NCBI GenBank assembly: GCA_051362555.1
Contig: CM120642.1
Location: 17,856,001-17,920,000 of the forward strand
Reading direction: 5' to 3'
Length of the DNA: 64,000 bases
Source: Lingula anatina
Lineage: Eukaryota; Animalia; Brachiopoda
Under the pieces are notes generated by a model. It did not search any database. It was given only the letters and a program-made list of their open reading frames with translations, and had not been told where the DNA came from. Shown here piece after piece: positions 11,040-24,889 of this stretch; the stretch's first letter is position 1; each line of letters begins with the position of its first letter. Both the position numbers and the translations under genes were made by a program.

Positions 11040-13838
11040 TCTGTTTCTCTTGCAGATGTGTCACTCTATTTTCTAATGCTTTGTAACCAACTTTATCTTT
11101 GGTGGTATTAGGCCCTTTTCATGATGCCAGTGAAGTTTAATGAAATGAAAAAAATTTTCTCTTACCACATGTAAGATGTTTTCCTTGCTGTTCTCCAACA
11201 ATGAGATATCTCTCAAATCTTTAGCCAAATGCTTCCTTGGTAATTTGAGCAAATTGAAACTTATCTCCCCACCTTTGTTTTTCTGGAAATCTTTATTGGC
11301 AGAGATGTATATGACTGAACTGAATAGTGAAGTGCCACAGTATTTATATCTAAAACCCTCTTCCTGATTAGTTTAGTTATCTCGTATAATGCCAAGAAAC
11401 ACGCAATTAAACAGAAGAAAATGAACACTATGTCACTTTAACGTCAAAGAAGAACCAATTTTGAAGAATATATAATGAGTGGTTGACAAGATGATGTTTA
11501 ATGAGACTTGCTGAATACCCATCATATGTTTCAATTATTTTTGTCTAATTAAAATAGCTCCTAATGATACATCTCACTATTGTTATTCATGATGTAAAAT
11601 GTATGCGTAATTGGACAATAGGGTGATCATGGTCATTTTCATTTTAATCCAGACGTCATTATTATTCTTAAAATAGCTCTTTGGGGTAGCAATGATTCTT
11701 TTTTATTTCATAAAGCTGCTTAACAGTTAATGAAAGAGTGCAATAAGGAATAAAACAATTGTCAGTATGTTGTAGTTTATAACATTATTTTTTAATCACA
11801 CATAGATCTCATGTAATCTGTTGAATTTATTTTCATGGTTAATCTTTCAAAATTTTTGTTTATTTTAATCAATTGTTTCAACAAATTTAAGTGTATTACC
11901 TTGGAATTAAAGTGTTAAGTTGGGAACAATTTTAATAGGAGCTGCCTGATTATTGGGGTATGGTGGCAAATTGTTAAAACCATTCTTTTGTTTTGGGTAA
12001 AATGAATTTGCAGAGGCAAATTCATGGCAAACAGCTAAAGCTACATTTTTGGATCTTCCCTTTTCTTTTCAAATGATGAAAGATTTAATAGTATAGTGCA
12101 CATCTTCTGAAACTGATATATCACAAAATTGATGAGTACACACAATTGATAAGGAATATTATTTTTTTTCAGGATGCATAAGTGTTAATTGGTGACCACT
12201 GACCAGTGATCTGACCAGGGAACTGATAAGTAATTACAGAGTGACCATTTCCAAAGCGCCTCAATCCAGCATGGCCCACACTCCTGAAAGTGGTAAGTCT
12301 TTTATTACAGTTGCCGTAAAGATTTGATCTTTTCAATTGGGAAAAATTATAAATTTTCCAGATATTGTATTTTTTCAAGTCATAAATTCTTGAAGTTAAA
12401 ACATTCCTTTTGAGTGATGGCAACAAAACTGATAAACAGGGCTACCTTATAGTTGTATTGTATACGGAAAAAAGCACCACAGATGGTACACAGAAATATA
12501 TTTTTAATGATTTTAAAATTATGTATCTGAAAAATTGTTAGTTTTTCCTCATTCAAAAGATCGAGTCATTATCATACTTGACAATGTGTGAATTACTTGC
12601 TTTAAGTATATGTGCTAATGACATGTGTTGATTAGATGTTCAGTTTGGATGCCACAAAAAAAAAAAAAAAAAAAATTGAGAAAAAATCTAGAAACAATAA
12701 TTGTACTAATTATGACATTGTTTGAGGATGTGAATGATGAAGAAGTGGAAGAAAAACCATACCTTGTCAATGTATCAATCTCTATCACACTGATGATAAA
12801 TTAAATTATTCTGTAAGGTCATTTAAATTTTGAACTGAAATGCATGATGGAAATTGTTTCTTGTTGATATTAGGTGAACCTCAATCTGGGGTAGTGCTAG
12901 CAATTTTTTTTGCTTAACCAAATCACCACTTTTTTTGTCAATTTGTTATGCTTTGAATTTGATTCAAATTCGTCAAATTGAGCTATTTTTGTGTAGTCAA
13001 TTTAAGTCAGTTTTAGCATTTGGCTAAATTGGCGAGTGTTATGTTGAAAATTGATTCTTTTATGTATCATTTATTTACCTGGCTTTGCAGTTTCAACTTC
13101 AGCTGATATTTATTTGTGGCAAAATGTGTAACACATTGACCTGTTCTCATCTGCCTTCCTATTTCTCTTCTTACATTTTCATAATTATTGCCAAGATGAT
13201 ATAAGTATTAGTTTAATTATCACAATTGTTTATTTTTATCATTATTGTCATTGTATTTATTTGTAAGAAATACCACTAAATGTTTTCTTTTATTCTTTGA
13301 TAATCGTAAAAGTTTTTTTCAGCCTTGTTCTGGATTATTTTTGATAAAGAAGCAAAGAACGTGTTTTTCAATGTGTCATACATGAAATATGTCATCTAAT
13401 TCCAAACACTGATTTCCTTCTTTTTCTGTTAAGTGTAAAAAATCAAAAATATTATGAGGAGAAAGCTCTAAGTTGGTACAAGGAAAAAGAATGATCAATG
13501 TTACAAAGAATGATTGGATATTTGAAGGCTTGATTTCAATTTGACATTGTCTGTTTCTATGAGTGCATTCTGACTTTATAAAAAACCGTAGGCTAGTGAT
13601 GATTCATACACATAGAGACATATGATAAATCTCTTATATATGAATGAACATGGCTTTTGAACTAGATACTATATGCCATATCATATCACAGATTCCTTTG
13701 AGTTTTTATGCTGTTTCCAAAAAGCATTTTCCTTTTTTTTCATACTTTTCATAAGATTCCCTTCATAACAGCGATTTCACGGCGGATCAGTAAACAATTT
13801 TTTTCTGGACACAGTCATTATAGCAAATAATTATGTTT

Positions 13839-14012
13839 TATAATCTGATTTGTTTACTACAATGGAGATAATTGCCCTGGCAACAGCATTGTTTATGAAT
13901 AAAACACTTTTTATATGATGCCTTTATAACAGATCATTAGGTTGTATAATCTGTTTTGTTTACTACAATGGAGACAATCTCCTGGGCAACAGCATTGTTT
14001 ATGAATAAAACA
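13839..14012. repeat. Local direct duplication of ~67 bp
   Basis: tataatctg.tttgtttactacaatggaga.aat....tgg..caacagcattgtttatgaataaaaca at about 13839 and 13946. Confidence 0.85.
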
Positions 14013-14350
14013 AAAATAATGCCAGTAGTCAAGCTGTAACTTACATAAATGAATTTTTAGATGCTTATGAAACTTGAGAGATTTGACCTTCAACTTAGCA
14101 CCCAAGTCATTGTATAATTTTTTTTTTTTTTTTTTAGAAAAAAATATGGTTTTTGACTTGGATCCAACAAGTTGTTTGGATCCTAGTTGTCAAGAATGAA
14201 TTTGGTTTGATATATTTCAGTCTTTTTGCCATGAAAAGAATATATTGAACAGTTGACAGTGGTTTTAAAGGATGAAATCAGAAATTGATCAAGCAAATAT
14301 TGTCTTAGAGCAATTCATTGGAGACAGATAAATTGCCTTGCACATGAAAT

Positions 14351-14353
<3 letters not shown>

Positions 14354-14385
<32 letters not shown>
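14354..14385. repeat. (CT)n microsatellite
   Basis: Seen directly. Confidence 0.95.
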
Positions 14386-14387
<2 letters not shown>

Positions 14388-15207
14388 AAAATGAGCCTTA
14401 GAACTTTTCAGATTTAAGAATTGTGTTATTAAGTTATGAATACTGAGGGTCTTGCTTCATCTGCAGTATGGAAATGTGAAGATTTCCTTTAGATTGTTGA
14501 CATTACAGTTGTTACGGTAGCTAGATAGGTTGATAATGACTCTCCCACTATATCTTTGCCCGTGGAGATAATCCGTAATTACATGTTACATTTGAATGAA
14601 ATGGATTTCTGATATTCTCCAAAACAATGTCTTGTAAATGCTTATAGAAATAAAATGCTATTCAAAAATTTCAGAAAAATTAGTTTGCTTCATGGTTGAG
14701 TGTTCAGTTTTTAAGGGTAACTAATTTAAAACAAGTTTTAATTTTTTAAAAATTGTAATTATATTTGGAAGTGAAATGCTGGGATGAGTAAGGTGGTTGA
14801 AATTTTCTAGTAATTACCGTAAAGTGGTACAGTGGGAAAGGTAGGCAGGTCAATGACTTGGGTTGTAACAGGGGTTGATTAAGCAGCAGTGGAAATATAG
14901 CACACACATCACTGTAAAATTACCCATTTACAATGTGCCATTGATATGCCTAAAAGAAAAAAAAAAGAAAAAGAAAACTAAATATGACTGCAGTGGTAGA
15001 ACCTTTTAAAGAGACAAGCAGGTGGACAAGTAAGTTTCTCCGAAATTGCAAAACTATAACTCAGAGTCTGTTTATACAATAATTTGTAAAAGGTGTCATG
15101 TTTCTGGACAATTAGTTTATGTTTCATTGTAAGTAACTTTAAGTTTTATTTGTTTTCCTAACTGTTTTAATTTTTTCATTATTTAACATTTTATTTTTAT
15201 CATTTTA

Positions 15208-15227
15208 TAATAATAATAATAATAATA

Positions 15228-15258
<31 letters not shown>
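15208..15258. repeat. (TAA)n(TTA)n self-complementary microsatellite
   Basis: Seen directly. Confidence 0.95.
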
Positions 15259-15259
<1 letters not shown>

Positions 15260-15888
15260 ATTTACATGGTATCTTAAATAAGGAGGCAGAAGTATTCCCC
15301 GGGGAGGATGTACCAGTCTGGTCATGACACCAGCTTTTATCAACTATGTTAAGAGTTCCAGATGTGTACATTAATGCCATAATGATGTCTTGATTGCAGT
15401 TTTATTAAATCTAGGCGAGGAGCAAATATGCCCAGGTCATTTTCTCAGGATCAGATTAATGATATACTTTCAAGATGAGTGAACTTAATTATTATAAACA
15501 TGTCTGGAGACTGATTAGAAAGTGAACGGTATTATCCAAACTGACTCCTCGAAAAATATGTTATGACAACTTCAGTGTTGCTTTTCAGCTCTGGTGGTTC
15601 AAAAAGATGTGGTTGTACTGCATTAAGATCTTTCCCTCTCTCTCTCTCTCTCTCTCTCTCATGTGTGTGTATGTAATAAAATTTTCTTTTGTAGTGACTT
15701 CCAAAGCTGGGATATTCAGTCTTTCATAGAGCTTCTTTGTAAGTTACCTTATGATCCTGCTTAATAGTTATATATATAAAAAAAGAACACCATAACTTCT
15801 ATAACAATCCATAAAACTCTGCATTTTACCAGGTCTGGTTTTATAAAGTGAACTGTAATAGCTGAACCATATGTTATTATGTGCATTG

Positions 15889-16054
15889 CAGGGGCGTAAC
15901 CAGACCTTTTAGAATTGTACGCACAGATTTTGAAAATTCCCAGGTACGATTATATTCCGTGAAAAATACACTGAATTTATGGAGAATAATACCATGGCTG
16001 GCTCAAAAAAATGTACGCACAGTGCATCCGTGCGTATGCCTGGTTACGCCCCTG
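15889..16054. mobile_element. 166-bp MITE family B (CAG termini, TIR related to family A)
   Basis: Perfect 15-bp TIR caggggcgtaaccag/ctggttacgcccctg; TSD cattg/catta; internal repeat tgtacgcacag twice. Confidence 0.88.
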
Positions 16055-16128
16055 CATTACAACAGAGATGTTATTGGTTACAGGGTCAAAAATATTTTAC
16101 GTATACTTTAGATTAAATAACGGATCAA

Positions 16129-16297
16129 CAGGCCCGTAGCCAGCAATTTCAAAGGGGGGGGTTCTTTTTCTGAAAAAGTGGACCTTTTACCATATAACCC
16201 CCATGTACCTAGGTCAAATTTTACTCAGAGTGGACCTTTTTCCAGCAAAAAGGGGGGTTCTTTCGAACCCCCCGAACCCCCCCTGGCTACGGGCCTG
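16129..16297 (+). mobile_element. 169-bp MITE family A (CAG termini, hAT-like), copy 1
   Basis: Perfect 15-bp TIR caggcccgtagccag/ctggctacgggcctg; TSD gatcaa (16123-16128, 16298-16303); close copies at 48688 and 52211. Confidence 0.92.
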
Positions 16298-16473
16298 GAT
16301 CAAAGTGACAGGTGAGTGTAGTTCTAGACCAAGTGAGACAGGTTGTGGAAATGGCCATTGGTGCCCATTCTAGTTTATAAGGTTTACATTACTCTGTGAG
16401 TACAATTGTGATCTGTCACATCTAACACAATCAGTGGAGCCCAGCTTGGGCCTAGATGTGAATTGAATGATTT

Positions 16474-16740
16474 GACCAGATGGCTCATATGGTAGAATGC
16501 TCACCTCTGGTGCAGTAAGTTGTGGGTTCAGTCTCCATCTGGGTCATACCAAAGACCATCATGAAAATGGTACCTGCTGTCTCCTTGCTAAGCACTCAGT
16601 ATACAGAGGTTGAAGTTGGGGTGAAAAAGATCTGGTCATCATATAGTACGGCTGGTAATTTGTTTTAGTTAGCCCTGAGTGCCAAACATGTGCAGCTCCA
16701 GTTGTATTTTCCCCAGGGAGATGAGAAAGACTTAGAATGG
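16474..16740 (+). mobile_element. tRNA-derived SINE with Meta (MESC)-type central domain
   Basis: A-box-like tggctcatatgg (16481) and B-box-like gggttcagtctcc (16524), then gtcataccaaagac...aaaatggtacctgctgtctccttgctaagcactcag, matching my recollection of the MetaSINE core. The 3' end is approximate. Confidence 0.8.
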
Positions 16741-18530
16741 ATAAGGATAGGTAATAACTAGGCATGAGTGTGGTAATTTATGATATATTTACTGTATTCA
16801 ATATTTAACATATATTTCAAAGAAATAGATAAACCTCAATTACCTTTTGGCAGACTAGCATGTTAACAAATAACTTGAAGAATTTTGAATGTTCATCAGT
16901 TTTACCAAGTAATACACCTATCCCTGGAAAGTGTTCCAGACAAACAAACAAACAAAAAAACTTTCTCAGTTGATAAAGGTGCAAATTTCAAACATAATTT
17001 AGCAAACAGTATTTGTAATGGAATATTAAGTCCCGTTCTTTTCTTTTTTTAAGGAATATTTGCTCAATTTTTTAATGGCCTTCAGTGTATTGCAATAAAA
17101 AGTCTTTGTTTTGAAGTTCTGTGTTCTCTCTTCCGTTTTTTTTTTTTTTTTTTTTTTTTCCTCACTAAGGGAAAATGGGCTAGATCTAACATCAGACAAT
17201 TTTTGATAATATGTACAGTGCTAGAAAATCACTGTTGTGCTCGGCAACATAACAGGTCATATGTCATTAAAAGCAATAAAAACAAACTATTGGAGACTGA
17301 AAAATATGACTTACTATACAATTCTCAAGCGAGAGAAGTCGTTCTGTATCACTGATTTTAATCTGGCTGTGGATATCACACGCAGAAATTATCTTCATTA
17401 ATGGCTGCATATTTATACGTAGTCATGAAGTGGAAACATGCAGAGAGTCCCACAGTGCACATTTTAAGACCTTGGAGACGTTGGGTCATGTATTTGAGGA
17501 TCTAAAATTAATTAATATGGGATTATTAATAGATGACACTCGGAGTATATACTAGTGTGAAACGCTAAGGCTCTGATGGACTAGACATTTCTGAACTAAA
17601 TATTACTCATTTAGATCAATCCACTGATTTATATTCTCAAAATTTGATTTTTTTTTCAAGTTTTTTTGTCATCCATAGTTTGTTTTATTTTGATTAAAAT
17701 TAATAAAATTGTGCTGTATTATTTTTCTTGTACCTGAGATGTATTTTAAGTGTTACACTTACAGTCAAAGAAAATTCATTAAAGTCAGTGAAATAATGAA
17801 ATGTAGTTAAGAACTGATCCATTAATATCCTAAAATGTGTTTTTGGTGAGTTTTTTGTTTAAAGTGTTTTTATAGATAGGTATTTAAAAAAGCCATGCCT
17901 GATATTGATTTTTATTACAAGGATATATTGTCCTCTGTAAATCCCCCCCCCCCCCCCCTGTATTTTTTAAAGCTTCTTTTAATTTGTTGTGAATTTATGG
18001 TGTGAGCATGATAATCCCATGGGACTTCTATAAAATATTATTAATGTCCCAATTGGTCTTAGATCAATCTAGAATTTTGGGATGAAAATAATTGCATTTT
18101 TATTGCTCACAATTATATTGGCTCAGAATTGTGACTAAATGTTCTTCGGCTATCCCTGGGGCAGGTCATGATTAAATATAAATTGTGGAACAAATTTGAC
18201 AAGCCCAATCCCTTGAGCTGTAATTTATCAACTTTAGTTCATCTAAAAGCAATTCAAGAAGCAAAAAAATAACTCTTTCTTATTATATGGAAGAGAATTA
18301 ATTGAATGGCAAAAAAAAAGTTTTGTACAATGAGAAACAAATTAGAATTGTATTTTGAGCTGATGAATTTGGACCTTGGATCTTAATAGATTCTGGTTCA
18401 TCACCACTTTTGATCATGTGCGCAGCTGTATTAATAAAGGTTTATGCAATTGCCACCAGAATTGGCTTTGTGGTTGAATTTTGTCCTTAGTTGATTGTCA
18501 GTATGCAAGTTGGCAAGTTGGTTTCAAAGC

Positions 18531-18531
<1 letters not shown>

Positions 18532-18563
<32 letters not shown>

Positions 18564-18577
18564 TTGTTGTTGTTGTT

Positions 18578-18613
<36 letters not shown>
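18532..18613. repeat. Poly-T followed by (GTT)n
   Basis: Seen directly. Confidence 0.95.
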
Positions 18614-19224
18614 GGAAGGAGGGGGGACAAAAAAGCAAATTATGAATACTTGCTTTTTATTATTGTCACCCTAAACTTTGCACAGGCAAGCTTGCTATTC
18701 CTACGTTCAACAAGTCAGAATAATACTTAAAAGTTTAGATATCTGCACATTTTGTCTATTTCTCAGCAATTTTGATAAGTAGTAAAATATGCAGCCCTGC
18801 AACTAATATAATAAAGCCAACACTCTGTGTACCAGTTTGCCTTAGGTCAGTCACTGAACACAATGATGGGGTTTCTCCAGGAAAAGCAATTATCTTTTCC
18901 AGAGTTAGCTATTTGTAATCTTCCATATCAGATTCTAGGCACAACTTGGTTTGAAAGTTAAGTGGCACTTGCATGAAATGGTGGGAGATGAGTCATCTCT
19001 TATTGTTGCTTGCAATTGATGTCGTTTGGGGGAGGGGGGATTAAAATGAGAAAAAGAAAACATATTGTTGGATATCACACAGAAAAAAACATAGTTTTGG
19101 ATATCATGCAGAAAATAATTTCTATGTTAGCCTGAGTTTGACATCATCAGCTGAATGTGACAGAATTCAGCAGTTTTTTCCCCAGGCTCCACCTCTGCAC
19201 AGCTGTACCTCACTAAATATACAA

Positions 19225-19448
19225 GGGACCATTCCCATAACCCTGTCTTACAAGCAGGCTTGATCTATCTTGGAGGGGCTACTCGATAAATGGCATTCAG
19301 TTTAAGCCTGCACAAAAGTTAATTTCCCCCCAACAGCTTCAGTGGACATAAAAGACATTTAAGCCGTTTAAACTGAATGCAATTTTGCGAGAATCCCCTG
19401 GGAGTTAGACCGATCCAGCTAGTAGGACAGGTTAATGGGAACCCAGTC
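19225..19448. mobile_element. MITE family C copy
   Basis: gggaccattcccataacc ... ggttaatgggaacccagtc; flanks caa/taa; shared core gttaatt.ccccc..cagcttcagtgg. Confidence 0.8.
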
Positions 19449-20785
19449 TAAAAATTAGGTGGCCTCATGCTTAACTGGTGACATTGTAAAATGCGGTGCA
19501 CTGCATGATATTAGAACCTTTAGTTAGAAATGCACAGTTTGCGACACTTTTGCTCCTATATATTCTACATGGGAAGATGTTTAATACTTCTGTTTGTTGG
19601 AACTGTCTGAAATTTTCATCTGGAAAAATTTTCATTATTACCAGAACCACTTTGAATTAGCATTTTAATGTGAAAAACTCAAGTTTTTAAATAGAATTCA
19701 CAAAAAAAAAAAAAAAAAAAAAAAAAGAATGTTAAAGTTTACAGCTTTTTGTCAGCTTATATCTGATGAATGGTTTTGGAAAGATGAAAGATTAAGTTGC
19801 AAACATAGGAATTTGAAACGGGAAAGTTGGTTAACCCAAAAATCCTGTTTGACGATCTTGCATGTGTGACTAGATCAAATAACGGCAGTCATTAGATCTG
19901 TGGGAGATTTGGTTAAGACTGGGTTTCCCCTCTGTGCTGAATTATCAATTTTTTCCAAGACAGAAAGACCAACAAGAGAAATGTCATCGGATCTTTTTGT
20001 AATGGACAGAAAAATTGAATTTGACACTTCTGCCAGAAGTGCCAAGAGCTGGAACATAACAATTGATTTTGTTCTGTAACTTTAAGGATATGCTTCTCAA
20101 AAAAATTCTTGTAGGTGTGAACAAAGTTGAATTAAGAAATATTGTTACTTTGTAGATTAATAGATAGAAACACATGGGAACAAGTATGGTTTTTGAGTGG
20201 CAATTCTGTATGTGTGTTTGTCTTTGGAATTTTAGATTAAAAAAAATGATGATTAAATTCGATTAAATTTATTGTGATATATTGTTCGTATCAAGCAAAT
20301 GATGTGACTGTAACAATTTCCTTTAAACTAACAAAAGGCTTGTTTTTTTTCTCATTTCTTTCCATTGTTGTGAAAGTATCAGCTAACACATGATGGTGTG
20401 ATGATTTGGTATTTAAGACACAACCTCTGACAGAAAAGAAACTACAAAAATACAAAGAAAAGGATGTCCAAACACACTGTGTAACGAGGTGACAGTTAAG
20501 TTAAGATGAAGGAAATCACCTGCAATAAAACATGAAAGGTAAGGAATTTGTCAATGTTATCTGTGATTTACACAGGTGTGTTTTTCCTGCCTTACCTGAC
20601 CTTCAGTGAAACTTTGATCTGAGGAAGTCAGTTAGCAATAAACTAGGAGTGGGTGAGGAGCAGTAGCCCTGAGGATCATGAGGATGGTAGTAGAGTATGT
20701 TACTGTTGGTAATTGCATCTTTTAACATTGATTAAAATTAGGCTGAAGAAAGCCATTTCACAGGCCATGCTGCCTTAATGGTGTG

Positions 20786-20787
<2 letters not shown>

Positions 20788-20819
<32 letters not shown>
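20788..20819. repeat. (GT)n microsatellite
   Basis: Seen directly. Confidence 0.95.
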
Positions 20820-20822
<3 letters not shown>

Positions 20823-20957
20823 GACTGTTGAAATGACCTGTCTTATTTCTATCACGTTATATGGTAAATAGTTTATGTACTATATAGTGGCACTGGTACA
20901 GCTGGCATGGCACCAGTAGCACCAACACCACATGGCACCAATGAAATGTAACACCAG

Positions 20958-21156
20958 GCCCCTTTTTTACAAAAAATCCAGTTTTTAGCAGATTAAACTC
21001 CGATACTTGGTTACACCAAGCCTACTAGATAAATGATATAGCAAGTTTTAAAAGTCTTAGTACAAGGCTAAGATTTTGGCCCACAATGTGTTTTACTTAA
21101 AGGCTTAGATTTTGGCCTTAAAACTGACTTCAGAGAATTTTTTCTTGAACAGGTGC
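20958..21156. mobile_element. Possible degenerate Harbinger-like MITE
   Basis: gccccttttttacaaaaa / tttttcttgaacaggtgc imperfect TIR; cag on both flanks; internal repeat ggctwagattttggcc twice. Confidence 0.45.
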
Positions 21157-23568
21157 CAGCACAATGTGGCATATACAAACTTAGCACCAACAAAAGTGCA
21201 CAGTTACTTTCATTGCTCATTTCGGTTGTTACTCAGGGTGCAATGATAATGATAGTCATTTCTTCTTGAATTTTGGAATGGTTGTTTCTGAAAATGTAAT
21301 GTGGATACAATCCAATACATCTTAAATTTAGAAAAAAACAAAACCATTAGCTTGTTAGAAAAACTGTTTGTGACATACATCATAATGTATTTAGTGATAA
21401 TTGTGTAGCAGTCAGTTTTTTTATGTTTTGGTTTCCTGTTTTTCTATACTATCTTCTGTCAACGTAATGACAGGGTAATACTAAATAATGATGATGATCT
21501 TGTTATGAAGTTTGTTTCCTGGTGCCAATATGGAATCAGCAATGAATAACCATTAAAGGTATAATAACTCTTCATTTTGACCAAAAAATGAATTTTCCTG
21601 GAGTAAACAACAATTTTCCCATACTTACCAATGGTTAATGAATCCATTTTTACATTCAAAGTTAGTCCCTGGTTTTTTTCTAAAAAGTTTGGTTTTTTGT
21701 TAAAATCTCTTAAGAGTATAGCCATCAATGGAGGTCACGTGGTCTGAACACAAGCTCAGATATCAGAATAATAGCTGTAACTGCCGTTTTTCTTGTACGA
21801 CTGAATATATTATATTTCTATGAGTTGTTCACAATGTTTTTATTGTGAAATATAGATCTCATACGAAGAGTTATTATCCCTTTAAGCTGAATGTGTTGCT
21901 CTTTAAATTCATCTCCTTCTCTGTTTCAGTCTTATTTTTGCATTCATTGTATTAAGTTTATACTTCATAAATCTAAAGCTACATGAAACATAACAAATAT
22001 ACAATACAACTGGCCTCTTTTACCTCCAGATTATCCTTTTGGAATATTTGTAAATGACTGACAGTCATATTTCAGAACGGAGTAGACCATCCCCTGTTTT
22101 CTCCTCTAATTTTTTGGAGAAATGATTTTCAGTATCTGAGTATTGACTTTGCAGTTTAAAATCTCCCTTGTAACAGTATTTTTGCTGTCATCAGAACCGA
22201 CGGGCTAACCAAATTTCAAGCTGTAGGTCAGCTGATTATGACCGATGGCATCGAGGTTGCGAATGAACGTCATAATTTATAGATGGTCATCTGGAAATCA
22301 ATAGTACCAGATGTGTGTGTGTGTGTAAGAGAGAGATTCAAAAATGAATTTTGTCAGACAAAAAGAATAGCTGACAAAATTAGGAGTGGGGGATTTAATG
22401 TTCTACTCACCGCAAATTGTATTCTATATTTATAGATTGTGAAATATTAAAAGATAAGATGATATTATCTATTTATTTCATTTATTTATTTAATATACCC
22501 ATTTCATTTTTTGTACTTAACTTAAAGTATGGTTTTACCAAACCTGTTGCCATTTTTCCCCAATCTTTTCCCTTTCAAGATTTTCTCACTTTATGACATT
22601 TATTTACAAAATACAAGATACCGGTTATTGTACACAAAATTTCATAAATTGTTTTAATTTTCCCCTTTTTAAATGCTATCATTGTTTTTTTTTTATTTTA
22701 TTATTTTATTTTATCACTTAACTAATATATAATTTTATCAGTGAGATAGCTCTCATTTTACCTGCACTGTCTACTGCAGAGACTTGTTTTCAGAAATCTT
22801 TCTTGCTGTTTTTCTAGATGCAATGGAATATCCAGTCAACAACCATAGAATGTTGCAGGAATTAATATGAAAAAAATATATTTCAGCAGCTTTATTTAAG
22901 CATTGTCTCTGCAACATTGACTTAAAAAATACTCCCATATATTATATTTGGTTTATTCTCTTTGGTTTGAAGTCTAGTTGTAAAAGTGCATCATGATACT
23001 TTGAACTTTTTGATGTCTATAGAGACCAGCTAGGTTCAAAAGTTAAATGAGGAACGGAGAAAATGGAGAAAAGCAATTAAAACAGATAATTTTTCCAAAA
23101 GCTGAAAAAGAGAGAAATACTGCAGAGTCATTATTTCTAACAAGGAGATGATGAGCAAATGGCCCACAAATGAGCCATAGGTAATGGCAAAGTCTGCCGC
23201 TGCACATCACTCCCTTTGTTTTTACCGCAGTCTGAAATGAATAATTGTACCACTAATAAGTGGTGGAGCTCAATGTTGAGCTAGGAGATGACAATTATTA
23301 GGTGGGATGGATTTAACCACTGTAAGTGTAATGGGAATGAGAATCTATGACTTCAGAGGAAGCTGTATGAAAGAGAGTGAGATTGATTCATCTAGGAAAG
23401 TATGCCTTGACAATTTTTTGTATGAATAGATCAGACAAATTTGACAATGTGTCTGATGAGGCTGTCTTGAAAAATGGTCTGCTGTCAACTTTGATCTTGG
23501 GTTGGTGATTTGTGAATTTTGCTTCCTGCTGAAAAATATTCCGTACAGATGGACTAACTTCACGTGTA

Positions 23569-23721
23569 ATGGCACTGATATCTGTTTTAACTGTGTGATG
23601 CTACTGTATACCAATGTCATGACACTGATATATGTTATAACTGTGATACTACTGTATACCAATGTCATGGATGGCACTAATATCTGTCATAACTGTGATG
23701 CTACTGTATATCAATATCATG
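23569..23721. repeat. Tandem repeat, ~48-bp unit, 3 copies
   Basis: atgrcactratat.tgt.ataactgtgatrctactgtataccaatgtc repeated. Confidence 0.85.
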
Positions 23722-24839
23722 CAAGTCATCTGGTAACCCAACCTAAAAAAAATTAAACCTATCATATTTTATCATTTACGTGTACCAGGTATAGAAATGT
23801 AATAGTTTGTAAACTGTTGCAATTCTCTCTCTCTCTTTCTCTCTTTCTTTCTCTCTCTCTCTCATTAATGATGTGCTGGCAATTTTATACAGCTTTTGGC
23901 ATGAAGCACTTACGGCAAGTTTTGATAATCATTTCTAATTGCATATTGTGGTATTAATTGTACATGTAGATAGCCCAAACAAAATTCAAAAGTGCACCTT
24001 GCAAAGGGGTTGAGACAGATAAGAAATCCCATTGTGGGTGACACAACTTTAAACTGATGCACAGTTGTTTCATTCACCATTTTCTTCAAAATCCCATCAT
24101 GATTCTGTTTCTCTTTTTTTTTTTTTTTTTTAGCTTGTCATTGGCTCATTGCCAAATGTACGTAAAGCTTTTTTTGTCAAGGGTAATTAGCATTTGAAGA
24201 TAGCTGCTTTGTCTTAAGCCAAAATGAAAAAAAGTGTACTTAACTTAAATCCTTCCACATTTCATGAAATTTTAGTTAATTCCTTTTGCATTTTTGAATA
24301 CAACCAAGATCTAGACTTAGGTGAACTGTATTAGAAGGTACAAAGGTACAGAGTGCCAATTTCATTAATTAAAACAATTATGGTTGAGAAAATAGTTTTG
24401 TTGCAGTAGTTTTTTCTATGTATAGATGTGGGTATAATTTTTCATATCATTCTATAATTTTGTCATTAACTGATAGAAATGATAAGGTAATTTTGGTCTT
24501 TAGGAATGGCCATCTTATATTTTTTAAGATTAATGGTTTCCATTGCTGTGGAAAACTCATTTTCCAATGAATATTGGTCAGCAAATGTACATTTATCCCT
24601 CAGCCACAAAATGAACAATGAAAGTCTTTTTGATATTATCTGCTTGATGTGCAGAAAGACCATTTGTATGATCTTCACTTATGCATATCTGCTTTCAATG
24701 ATCATCAAAGGAGACAAACTCAGATATTGGAATTTTCTATTTTCATCTATAAAAAGTTAATCTCTAGCTGGTTTTATGTATGTAGTAATAACATTGATTT
24801 TTTATCCTTCATCTATTAAAGAATGATATTTATGCAAAA

Positions 24840-24842
<3 letters not shown>

Positions 24843-24887
<45 letters not shown>
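24843..24887. repeat. (AC)n microsatellite
   Basis: Seen directly. Confidence 0.95.

Positions 24888-24889
<2 letters not shown>

Noticed and set aside
11040-11056. Strong plus-strand acceptor-like tctgtttctcttgcag beside the TRIM start codon
   Set aside because: No convincing downstream exon frame or donor; probably just the complement of a purine-rich 5' UTR.
16474-16545. tRNA gene
   Set aside because: Degenerate boxes, no clean cloverleaf, and continuous with the SINE core.
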